DNA of 60,000 bases, taken from the NCBI GenBank assembly GCA_013239625.1, contig MU053934.1, positions 10,127,352 through 10,187,351 on the forward strand. The letters are read 5' to 3'. The DNA is from Lama guanicoe. Taxonomy: Eukaryota. Below are positions 11,165 through 22,820 of the stretch, in pieces (the first letter of the stretch is position 1; each line of letters opens with the position of its first letter). The position numbers and the translations under genes were made by a program. A model generated the notes under the pieces. That model made no database searches, was not told where the DNA came from, and saw only the letters and a list, made by a program, of their open reading frames with translations.

Positions 11165-14100
11165 GTGGGGCCGCTCTTTCCGTCTTGTGTTACTTGCAGT
11201 GCTCTGACTTGGTGAGGTCTTGCTGAGGGAAACCAGATCTTCATTTTCTGATAAAGAAGTAAATTTGAAAGCGAATAGCGGTGAGTTTCTTCTGATAGTG
11301 GGACCTTGTTTACCTCCAGTTCCTTCTGCCGAAGGGGAAAGGGCGTGTTTAACGAGAGGCACGCAGCTGACAGCCGAGACCCAGGCAGAGCGCCGGGATC
11401 TGCATCCCCGGTGGGGACATGCCTTGCGGCTCATGAGCTGCTGTCTGCCCGGAAGGTCGGGAGCAGACGGTGTCTGGATCGGGTCAGACGAGTGACCCCA
11501 CTGGGCCCCGTGGGCACTGTCCCCCGCTGCAGTTAGGGACGGGATGTCGGCACAGGAGAGCTGTGCTGGCCGGCTGGGCCCCAGGGAGACGCGGTTCAGT
11601 TCATAGGAGAAGTGTAGCCAGCTTATAATCTTGCTTTTTAGTTGAATACAAAATGGATGTAATTATGGCCTTGAATGGTCCGTTGACAGTCCGTGTGCGT
11701 AATGGGAAAAATACTTAAAGCTGATTTACAGCTCACAGTGCGCCCAGGACTTGCCGTTAGAACGGCTCAAGCCTTCGTGATTCCCACTGTCTTCGTAACA
11801 TGTGAGGAGTGAGAATGGCTTGTGCTGCAGTTTAGCAAAGCGCTCGGTGTTCACTGGTAGCACCGCCTCATTTTTCTGAAATGAACTTCTGGTTTTCCTG
11901 AGACTGGTCAGTGTTTCCTTTTGGAAACCCCCCTCTAGGTGAAGGAGATTTGCCAGATTTTTCTACCTCAGATGTGAGTGAGCCACCTCTCTCTGCCAGT
12001 TTAGTACATGCTGTGAAAAAGGGCCAAAGACGGGCCTTCCCTCTGATTGATCATCTGGGGTTCCTTAAGTTCCACGGGCTCTTGGGAAGCCCCTTCCCAA
12101 CACGGGTGCCGCGGGAGCTCTGGGGGAGGAGTGTCTGGCTTAGGCGTGAGGAGCAGGCAGATGGGGCCGCGGGCCCCTCCGCCTCTGCCCATGCTCCCTC
12201 CGCTGGACTTGGCCTCCGTCTCACACCTGGCGGCTCCCGGGCCACACGGAACTGCCACCTGTCACCCTGGGAAACTGACTTGAGACAGATCGCACTTGCA
12301 TTTGGTTGGGGAAGTGTTAGCTCCCCTGGTTTACCTTCTCACCTCACTGGTTTTCAGGGGTGGGTAAACTTTGGATTGTTTTGAATGTGTTTTTGATGTG
12401 TTTTTATTCAAGAAAAAGACGTCCAAAGGCTGACAGAAGCATCTATCTGCAAGATTTACCAAGCTGCATTCTAGTATGAATTTCTTAAGGGAAAGTTAAT
12501 TAAAAACGGGCTGCATACATCTTTATTTGGTTACTGTGATAGGTAACAAAAAGCTCCCATATTATTGTGAATTCCCCAAATGTTCCTACATTAATATAAC
12601 TGAGAAAAATGGAAGCCATGGTGGTGTTTCCACGGGCCCGCTTGCTTTGTGCGGAGCACATGTGCCCCCTGGACGTGGACCCTGTGCGGTCCAGCCGCGG
12701 CCGATCCAGGCTCACCGTTAGGTCAGAGTGGACTGGCCTGGGTGTGGGGCTGGGGCACCCTGGTCTCTCCCCACTGCCCACTCGCGGTGTTTGACCCATA
12801 GACAGACCTTGGCCTACCATCACCCCGAGGGGTGTGGCCCGGCCCTCCCACAGCACTGGGGGCCGCCTCCCCCATACCTCTCTTGTCCTCTCTTCCTTTG
12901 GGTTTTGTGTTTCCTCTTTGGATGAAAATGCCGTGTCCAAAGCACACAGTCAGTCAGAGCTACAGATTCATCTGGGGTGTCCTCCCCGCTCTGCGGGTTC
13001 TGCAGATGTCGTGGCCGTCCTGACTTGCCCGGTCCTGGGCTTGAGGGCGGGCAGGTGGTCTGGAGGGTGCCACGAGCACCCTCTGTCAGATGGGCTGTGC
13101 TGGCCCCTGGCTTGCCCAGGGCAGACGTGCGCCCATGTGACTGTCATTGCGTGGGAACGCTGAGCTGAGCGTGGCCCTGGAGGACGCCCTGGTGAAGGGG
13201 GTGAGGTCGGGGGGTTCTGAGCTCCTGCAGGTGGCCTGCTGCAGTCTTCTGACCCCACCAGGCTGGAACGCTCCCTCCCCTTGTCCTCCAGGTCTCCTTC
13301 ACACGTCAGCGCCGCCTGCCCGACTCAGCGCTTGCCTCCTTGCGCAGAGAGGGTGAGGACGGTTGTCTCTGGCGCTCCTTCAGTGTCCTCTCTTCACCGC
13401 TCTGACTTTCCTCTCCACTTGCTTTCATTGCTGCCTCGCGGTCCCTGTTCCTTGAACACTTCAGTCTGCGGGCTCCTCATCCGGAGCAGGCCCATGTCCT
13501 CCCTTAGTACCACTGAGGGGCTGCTGACCCCCAGGTCACACAGCCGGCACCTGATGGACGAGCGTGCTGGGCCCCAGGGCCAGCCATGTGCTGGGGCCGC
13601 AGGCTAGCGGGGCCGCGAGGAGGCCCTCAGGCCTCGGGGGTGTCGGAGCTCTTGTGTCATGAGCAAGGACTGGGTGACAGTCTGGACTGTGGGCCCCCCA
13701 CGGCACTGAAACGTGCCTGTCTCCCCAGCCTGTGCGGGCCGTGCTCCAGGTGAACGGGGACAGTGCCAGCGCTGGCGGGGCGGGCTGTTCGTGTGGGACA
13801 CCAGTGCTGGTCCCGCGTGTTCTGCCCTGGTTGCCTCCTGAACCCGCGGTTGTGGGGGTCAGGCGGGGATCAGCTGATTCTTCCAGAGGTTTGGAAATGC
13901 TTCCTTTGAAAAGCATCCAGGATTCCCCAAGGGCTTTGTAAAGTGGAGAAAAACGTGGTCTGGGCGCCAGGACGAAGCTGTCAACAGCGGAAACCTTGTA
14001 CTATTGATGGACTTGAATTGCTCCCCGCGTCCGAGGCTGGAAATCAATGTTTACTAATTGCTATGGATTATGTTCCTAAGTAGCCGAGGACCCGCTCCAT

Positions 14101-14351
14101 TCCCCATCATGCAACGGCTGCTGTTGGCTGGGACGCTCAGCCCAGCCTGTCCTGCTGGGACTGGGCCCCTCAGGTGGAGCCTGCCTTCTCCCCCCCAGTG
14201 CACGGGCAGCCTAGAGGCCAGTGTGTCCAGAGAGCAGGTTCGGATCCGGAGGAAACCCCTTGTGGTTACTAAGTTCTGCTCTTGTCATCTCAGTGCTTGT
14301 GGTGATGTTCACCGTCTTTTAAAATCCATGTGTCTTTCTCCCCATCTGCAG

Positions 14352-14414
14352 ATCCACATAGACATCCCTCGAATGAGCCCCGAAGCGTTGATCCTTCAGC
14401 CCAAAGTGACGGAG
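14352..14414 (+). CDS. TBC1D22A: TBC1D22A internal coding exon (63 bp, approx. exon 7): IHIDIPRMSPEALILQPKVTE, with the IxxDxxR arginine finger
   Basis: ctttctccccatctgcag acceptor and GAG|gtaaga donor; 21 codons; IHIDIPR matches the TBC catalytic IxxDxxR motif. Confidence 0.97.
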
Positions 14415-14779
14415 GTAAGAGCGGGGTCCGCACGCTGTTGTGGAGGGCGCGTCCCTTCGTGGGGGAGGTCGGCACCCACGGTCCTGGCGGCTTTCCCCGC
14501 GGCAAGTGGGGTGGCCCCTGGGTACGTCAGCGCCCCTAGGAATCACTGGTGTTCTTCAGCCGTTGTGACAGTGCTGTGTGGTGTGCTGTGTGTGTGGGGG
14601 ACACTCACGGGTCCGCCCAGGCTGGGACCGAGAACCCGCTCAGTCTGACCGGCAGTGTTGAGGCCGCCCGGGTTCTCCAGGCCCGTCCCTGGAGGCTGGC
14701 CGCTCTCCTGACTCAGGTTTGTGGCTCTTCACGCCTCTAATGTGTGTCCCGGGCTGCGGGGAAAGCAGTGTTCCGGACC

Positions 14780-16420
14780 TGGGTGGCTCCCTGGTTGGTC
14801 TGGTCCCTTTTTTCCATCTACGTTGTTTTCTAAGACTCGGCCACCCAGTGTGTCCAGCTGGTATTTACATGCCCCCACTTCTGTGCCTTCTTCCAGCCGG
14901 TGGGCACTCGGGCGGGTTCCACATTTTGCTGTGAGGAACGGGGTTGCCTGCAACCTTCGTGTGCATTTCTGCAGGGCCCACGGGAAGAGCTCCTCAGGAG
15001 TGTTGACGAAGAAGTGAGGTTTTTGTTGCTTGCGTGTCGGCCTGTTAACCTTGCCAGGTGATGTCCACACGCTTTCCAGGTGTGCTGTCCCCACTCAGCC
15101 TTGGTCTGCGGGATCCGAGGGGCCCTGGTGCCCCACCCCTGGGGCTTTGTGCTGCGAGGCTTCTCGAGTTTTGTCCTTCTGGTGGCACTGTCGTTGTCCT
15201 TTCTCCGATCACAGTGGAGCAGGCGTCTCTCCGGGTATTTGTGTCCGTCTGCGCTGCTTCTGGGAAATGCTCGCTCCTGTCTCTGCCCGCTGTCCTCGTG
15301 GGCGGTTGGTCTGAGCACGTTAGGGAGTCTGGCACTCCGCAGTTCGTATGTGGCTTGTTTCAGATGCTGTCTTCCTGGCGGCTGTTGTAGTGTGGTTGAG
15401 CTTGTCCATCTGTCCTGCAGGGTTAGCGTTCCTTGGGAGACCCTCCCCTCCCCACGCATCATAGAGCCGTTCTCCCTCGCTCATGTCCGTCACAGGGCCC
15501 GGGCGTCTCACTGTTCGCCCTGCTTTAACTCCTCTGTGCCCATGGCCGTGAGGCGGGGCTGCAGCGTGCCTGTCTCACGCGGCAGCCCTTCCAGCGCCGT
15601 GCTCGGGCCCCGTTGCCCCCCGCGTCTGCCGTGGCCCCTCTCTCCACGTCCTCTTCCTGTTTGCAGAGCTCTGTGCTGCGTGTTGTCTCGGTGTTTGGGA
15701 GGGGAGCCCGCACGCCCTCTTCCTCATCTGAAGCCATCAGATCGTCCTTGAACCTTGCTCTCCCATGGAGGTCTCAGGGCCGAGGTTTTCACCCCGACTC
15801 TGCGTTGAAGCACGGCTGCTGTACAGGGTTGCGCACGTTGCAGGTGGGCAGCGAGGTGGCTCACAGCTTGCGAAGGCTGTGCTCCGCGTGGTCATGAAGC
15901 CCTGGCTGTGCTCCCTATGCTGTGCAGCGTGTCCCTGTGGCTTGTTTTACACCCAGCACTTCGTACCCCTCCGTCCCCTCCCCCGTCCTGCTCCTCCCCT
16001 CCTCCCCACTGGTGACCACTAGTTTGCTCCCTAGATTGTGAGTCTGCTGCTTTTTTGTGATCTTCACTAGTTTCTTGTATTTTTTAGATTCCACTTTTGT
16101 TTGTTTTTAATGTCTGTTTGATTTATGGTTGGAATTGCACAGAATCTGTAGATCAATTTGGGAGAATTAACATCTTTATGAAATTTAGTCTTCATTTCCA
16201 TGAACATGCTAATGCCCCATTTTTTTTGGCCATTCTTTAATGCCTTTCAATGAAGTTTTAAAATTTGCTCTGTAAAAGGTTTTGTGTATGTTTTATTAGG
16301 TTTATTCTTCGTTATCATATTTTTTGTTGCTATTACAAATGGTATCTCTTTAAAATTGAATTTTTTTTTAGTGTTTGAAATATTTGTTTTGCATCTCGAT
16401 TGCTCCAGGAAATGCACTTT
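14780..16420 (-). mobile_element. Old antisense L1M fragments (GC-shifted), with a younger L1 3'UTR piece at ~15880-16095
   Basis: Degenerate L1 motifs (gggttccacattttgctgtgaggaac, tgcacagaatctgtagatcaatttgggagaattaacatctt, ttgctattacaaatggtat). The nested piece reads ccccactggtgaccactagtttgctc...ttagattccac. Confidence 0.65.
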
Positions 16421-17539
16421 TAAACTCTTATATCTCTTGTCTGTTTAGTAAGTTTGTAAAAAAAAAAAGTCCAGGGTTATTAAAGCAAAAGCACTTTTAG
16501 GTTATAGAACACAAAAGGAGAAAATTAGATTTCCACCGAAGTTGTCGTTTTGAGGTACTTCTGTCTGATTGTTCTTTTCAACCAGCTGCGCTTATTGTGT
16601 TTGGAAAACAGGAGACGACATATTATAACCTTGTTTTGAGTTACTTTTAGTGGGAGTAGAGTCCGCCACGTGACCTCCAGGTCACCTTCGCTTGTATGTT
16701 TTCCTGCCGCTTTACCCACTCTTTGTGGGGCTGAGCTCGCGGGCCCCCTGGTTTCAGAGTGGGGTCCAGCCACTGCTGGTCTGCCTGTCTGTGACGTGCG
16801 GGGACCACCAGCCTGTTGTTGGAAGTGGCTCTGCCCGGCAGCGGGTTTCCCGCAGCGTGGTCCTGCCTTCTGCTCTCCTAGGGCAGGTTGTGTGAGTTTG
16901 AGGGGAGGGGTGGGAGGAGAACGAAGTGACAGACAGGGGGCTTTAGGAAGAGCCTGGGTGTGGGTCTCGTGTTAGCCAACAGGCAAAGTCAGGCTGTGGT
17001 TTCTGGCTGGGTGGGAGTGAGGCTTGGATGTACGGCAGCTGACAGCAGGGCCATGACAGCAGTGGCTTCATGCCGGGCGGGAGCTCACCGCCCTCTTAGG
17101 CACGCATCGTCCGCTGCCCCTCCGTGTTCACTCGCTTCACGGTCCAGGCTGGCTGCTCTGGCTCCCTGCATCACGTCGGCATTCCACCAGCAGGCAGAGG
17201 GAGACGTGGAGGGGAGGGCGCGCCCCTCCCTTCAGAGGTGTTTGAGGGAAGTTGCTCATGGCACTTCTGCTCACCCCGTGCGTGCTTGCACCTGGCTGCG
17301 CAGAACCAGGACGTGCACCTCTGACTTTAGCTGGCCGTGTGCTGCACTGAAGCTGGGCTTGATGACTCCGGAAGGAGGGTCATCTTCTGCCCTAAGGTTC
17401 CCCATCTGTCCGCACCGCCGCTTACCCGTTCAGCGGGTGTTGCCCGCTTCTGCTCTGGCGCTTCTCCCCCGCCCCCCCTTTCTCTCTCCCTCCCCCCCCT
17501 TCCCCCCTCCGCCCCCTACTCCCTCCCCCCCCTTCCCCT

Positions 17540-18320
17540 GTCAGCTCTGTTGAGAGATGATTGACATGCACTGAGATTCACCTGCGTTAGGCGTACAGGC
17601 AGGTTAGTTCTGACGCCTGTGTCTAGGACGGTAACAGCCACTTGAGTCACAACGTGGAGCACTCCCTCACCCTGGAACGCCCCTCTTGCCCCTTGCTGCC
17701 ATCTCCCGTCCCCGCCCCCTGCCCTGGCTACTGCTGGTCTGCTCTCTGCCTCAGTGCTTCGCTTTTAAGAATTTCACAGGCCTGGAATGGCAGGAATTGC
17801 AGGGACTAGGGAGGAGCTCCCTCGCCTGGGTAGCGGTGCGCGTTCACCGCCCCGTGAGCCGGCCGTCTTCCTGGGGAGCTCTGCCGCCTTGCCAGGGGGT
17901 GGGTGCTGGCCGCGTTCCATTTCCAGGCCACTACAAAATGCGTTTGCTGAGCACCAACACCTTCACTCCTAAGTCCAGGAGAGGCCTCTGTGTCCCCCTC
18001 TGGTGAGTGCCTAGGAGGGGAGCTACTGGGTGGTGTGGTAGTGTGTGTTTATGTACCTAACTTCTAGACTCTTGTCCAAGGAGGCTGGGCCAGTTCACAC
18101 CCCCAGCCGTGACTGAGGGTCCTGGTTGCTCCACATCGTTGTCGGTTTGTGGTATTGCCAGTCTTAATTTCAGCTATTTTTTGAAACAGGCGTGTGGTGG
18201 TGTTTCCCAGGGTTGTAACTTGCTTTTCCCTGCTGGCTGCTGACGGTCGGCGTCCTTTCCCATGCTGGTCTGTCATGCACAGGTCCCTTCGGTGAAGGGT
18301 CTTTCCCATTTTTTGCTCTT
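17540..18320 (-). mobile_element. Antisense L1MB-like 3' region
   Basis: cagctctgttgagagatgattgacatgc 3' terminus, plus gttcacacccccagccgtgactgagggtcctggttgctccacatc, typical of the L1 ORF2 end. Confidence 0.7.
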
Positions 18321-20529
18321 TAATTGCTTTTGAAACCTTTAGCCTGCCTGTTCCCTGGCCTCTCTTAGGCCTTCTGAGTCACACTTCTGGGGTGGAGCCT
18401 AGAAATCCCTATTTTAAGGAAGCACAGCTGGATCTAGCTGCCGATGGAGAGAGGGGTCTTGAAGTGAGCAAACGATGCGGGCCGGGTTGTTTGCACTCAG
18501 GAAACAGAAGCAGGCTGGAGCCAGGGCCTTTGCCCGGATGTCCCCACCCCTAGGCAGCAGGTGGGCAGTACAGGCCCCAGGAGGAGCTGGGCAGGGCCAG
18601 GCGGCTCTCCTCCCGGATTTCCCTCCTCTTAGCTGTGCTGCGAAGGTGGGACTCCCTGGGTGACTCTTCTGGGGGCTGCTCCCACCTGACCTCCCTGGGG
18701 ACCTCCTGAGCTGGGGCTGCCTCTCAGCCTGCGCTCTGCTCTTCCGTCCAAGGTGCGTCTGAGCAGACCTTACGTCTGTCTGGTTTTCAGCCCTGATTCT
18801 GGTGCCCCAAGCGGTGCACGGCACAGAGCAGCTGTTCCCAGGTGCTGGCTGCATGAGCAGCTGTCTGGATTCCTCCTCTTACCTGTGACCCCAAGTGCCT
18901 AGTTCTTCTGGGCCTCCAGAGGGATGTTGTGTTGTGGAGACGCCGTTCCTAACACCCTGGCTGGTGTGGCAGCCCCTCCCCCACTCTGACTCCCACTTGG
19001 CATGTTTCACGGAGCTTACGGCCTGATGGGGTTCGTCTTCTGTCCATGAGGCCTCACTCTTCCTGTCTGTCAGCTCCTGAGATCCCGAGGGCCCTGGGCC
19101 CCTTGACTGTCCCGGCTGCCTGGAGCCGCACAGGACATCAGAGATTTTGTTGAAATTCCTAATTAATCTTTTTATCCAACACGGTTATTTGAAAGCAAAA
19201 CGCGGAACTTGCTTTCCTGCTTGCTCTTTGTATCCTCGGTCCAGCTCTGAGTAAATGCCGCCTGTTGCTTGGGAAAGTCTGGACTCTGAGCGGAGGCCCT
19301 GTGGCCCCTGCGGTGGGTGTGCTGCGCTCTTTGGAAGAGCCTTGCTCAGTGCGTGGCTGGGCCTCTTCTGCTGATAAGCTCATCATCTCTGAGTCCCTTC
19401 TCCTCCATAATTATTATATTATCTGCCCTCTGGTTATCTGCTTCTTAGAGCGGTTTCACAAATTAGGGAAATAGGATGCTTTTTCCGATTAGCCATGGAG
19501 AAGTGATGTCTCATTACACTCAGACAGACACAGAGGATAATGAAGCACGCAGGCTTTTAAACCGCGTTATCTGTGTACAGCCTTAGAACTGGTGTGATGA
19601 GTTTCCCAGGCCCTAAAGGGCGGTCATTTTCTGGGAGACGCGTCAGCAGAGCGCAGGTGTCCTCATACTGGTCTCCCTTCCCAGCTGTGAACTCTGTGCA
19701 GACAGACCTCCCGACCAGAGCCTTTGCGTGGAGGGGCGTGGCTCCCTGGACACCCGGGCCCCGGGGGCGTCGGGGAGGGACCTGGAGGAGCAGGCGTCGG
19801 CTCTGTCCCCCAGGTTTCCGGGCTTTTGGCGTTGCACGTGCCGGCTCTTCTGCCTAGGGGACTCCTCCCCGGCCCGCCCTGCTCGGTGGCCCCCTCGAGC
19901 TGGCCAGCACCCCCCTTCCTGCCGTGGCTGGCCCGACAGCGCCTACCGGTTTCCCACGGGCCGGCCCCGTCTCTGTCCCCGCAGACTGAATTCTCGAGGG
20001 CGGCAGCCTCCGCTCGGCGTTTCCACCCCTGGTGACTGACGGACGTTTTTCGGCCTGAACTGCGAGTCTGAACTGTCCTGCTGGGATCCTGGCCGTGGCC
20101 GGGGGCTCTGGCTCCCTCTTCTCAGACTGGGGCTCTCCCCGGGCAGAGCCTGGGGCTCCTTTCTCCCCAGGGTCCCCTGGTCCCAACAGTGGGCCCGGCA
20201 TGAAGCACAGCAGGCGCCGGACCAGCGTTGGCAAGATGAGTGAACTGAAACATGCGCTGCTCCCGGGCGGGCAGCCGCTAGGTCCTCGACGTGAGAGGCG
20301 GTGTGGGCAGGTGCTGACAGCCGGGCCGCCCTGGGTGGGCTCAGCGACCCCTGAGTCTGCGTCGTCTCACTCCTCGTCTCCTCACTCGGTCTCAGTTCAC
20401 CCTTTTTTCCACAGAGGTGGGGACGCATTTGTGGGAGCCCGAGAGAGACATGTTCTGTAATCAGTTCGTTACACTCTTCTGGTATATATTTTGGGCATCT
20501 AACCCGTAGATCTTTCCTTTTCTCTCTTT

Positions 20530-22820
20530 TTGGTTTTATGGTGAAATAGAGCAGAAAGGTGTCCATAACATGTACGTTCGATTTAAAGAAAAAACTAAAA
20601 ATTAGCTTCCCGATACCTACTGTCAAGCTGAAGGAATAGAGCAGACGAGCTCCATTCAGGTCCCGTCCTTGCTCCACCCCAGGCAACCGTGCTCTTGAGT
20701 TTTGACTAGTCCCTTGTTTTTCTGTGGTTTTACCACGAGTTCGTGTGTGTGGTTTGCATTTTTAGCCTGTGTTTGTAGTGGAGCTGTGCTAACTGTGCTC
20801 GCTTGTCATCAGGCTTCATGTTACAGAATTGAGGCTCTAGGCTCCGCCCGCTGCTGTGTGTGGTCGTAGCTCATGTTCACGGCTGTGTGGTACTCCCTCA
20901 TGTGCTCTGTGCTTTACTGATCCAGCCCACTGTCAGTAAGCACCTGTGCTTTTTCTCAGAGTGTCGCTGAGAGCATTATGAGTCCTGGTGTGCGTGGGGG
21001 GCGCCCGGGAGGGTGCCGTGGGGCTGGCGGCGAGTGCCCAGTGCTGCCCCTCACCTCCGCTTGGACCTGTGATACTGAACGTGCCCCAGACTTCCCGGGG
21101 GGGTGAAGTGCTGTCTCTGTGCAGCGAGGTCCCACTGCTCTCGCTGCTGTTGAGGTTAAGTGCTTTTCCATTGATTTCTTGGCCATTTGATGTCCTCTCG
21201 TGGGACACCTTTGCCTCTGTTGTGACTGTCTGTCCTGCTGATTTGTAGGACTTCTTAATATAATCTGGATGCAGATTCTTCTTTGGAAATACACGGATGC
21301 ACGCATTTCGGTTAGTAGGTTGAGTTTTCACTCTCACTGGGGAGCAGCCGTTCTTTCTTCAGTGCGGCCAGTTCAGCGGTCTTTCCTTTGCGATTAGGCC
21401 TTTTCACGGCCTAAGATATCCTTTCCAGACTCATGATTTCAAAGAAATCTTTTGTCATAAGAGTTTTTAAAATTTTGCCTTTTACATGTAATCCATTCAG
21501 ATTGACTTTGCGCAGAGTCTGATAAAGCAGCCTGGTTTCTCTAGACGTCCCCACGTGGGTCACCAGTGGGGCCCCTTGCCCCAGTCAGCCCTGTCACACA
21601 GGCTTTCATGTGTGTGGGCTCCTCCCGAGCTCCCCGCCATGCCCCTGGCTGTCCACCTGTCCGTCCGTCTGTCCGTCTCTGGCCGCCGTCGGCCTGCCTT
21701 GGTCACGTGGGCTCGATGTCTGGTAGGACAGGCCCTGGTTCTTGCCTCTGGCTGCTCATGGCCTTCTGCTTTCAGACGTAAATTTAAAATTAACTTGTTA
21801 CGTGTCATAGAAACCTCAGAAATCACGTTGAATCTGTTGAACAGTTGGAGAAAATTAACATTTTGTTTTTGCATTTCTTTAGTTCTTCTGATCTTTTAAA
21901 CTGTGTTTTCTTCTTAAGTGTATTACACAACTTATAAATTTATTCATAGATATGTTTCTAATGAAGTATGTTTAATTTTTAGTGGCATTGTCTGATTTTT
22001 TATTGACAGTATATAGAAACGCATTTGACATTTGCAGTTATTTTTATAGCTGGTAAACTCATTAATCTGTTTCATCAAATCTCATGTTTTGTGTGTAGGA
22101 ATATTTGAGTTTTTAAAGAAGTTAATCATATCACTTATGAACAGTGACGGTTCCATTTTTTAAATATATTTTTATTGGAGTATAGTCAGTTTACAGCGTG
22201 TCAATTTGTGGTGTACAGCACAGTGCTTCAGTCACATAGGAACATTCATATGTTCATTTTCATATTCTTTTTCACCGTTAAGTTACTATAAGACATTGAA
22301 TATAGTTCCCTGTGCTCTGCAGTATAAACGTTGTTTATCTGTTTTACATATAGTAGTTAGTATCTGCAAGTCTCAAATTCCCGATTTATTCCTTCCCAAC
22401 AGTTTCATTTTTCCTCTCTCTGTTCTGTATATGCTTCTCTTTGCCGGCTACGACTCCCACTGCAGTACTGACGTTAGTGGTGAAAGCGGGCGTCCTGATG
22501 TCATTCCCAGCCTAAAGGAAGTCTTCAGCATTGCGTCATTGACCTCACGGTGTTTACTCTCGGCTTTATAGATAGCTTATGTTAAGGATGGCACCTCGCT
22601 CGTAGCTTTGAAACCCTAAATGGCTGTTGAGGTTTAAAACATCCTTTCCCCCTTTTCGTCCTAGACGGCAGTGTGAGTTTGCTCCTTTATTGTACTGATG
22701 TGGTGGGTTTTTTTAGCAGACTTCCTGGGGGCGAGGCGAGCGTACGTCCCCGAGACAAACCCCACGTGGTCAGGATGGAGTCTTTTAATGCCTCGCAGGA
22801 TTAAGTGTGTTAACATCTAA
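20530..22820 (-). mobile_element. Old antisense L1ME/MC-like region
   Basis: Scattered degenerate L1 motifs, e.g. gggcgtcctgatgtcattcccagcct and gacaaaccccacgtggtcaggatg. Confidence 0.55.
22161..22398 (-). mobile_element. Young L1 3' end nested in old L1
   Basis: tttattggagtatagtcagtttacag...ttgaatatagttccctgtgct. TSD acggttccattttt (22147-22160) and acagtttcattttt (22399-22412). Confidence 0.88.

Noticed and set aside
14058..14648. 196-aa ORF spanning exon 7
   Set aside because: Only the 21 codons between canonical splice sites are TBC-like; the flanks are open intronic frame.
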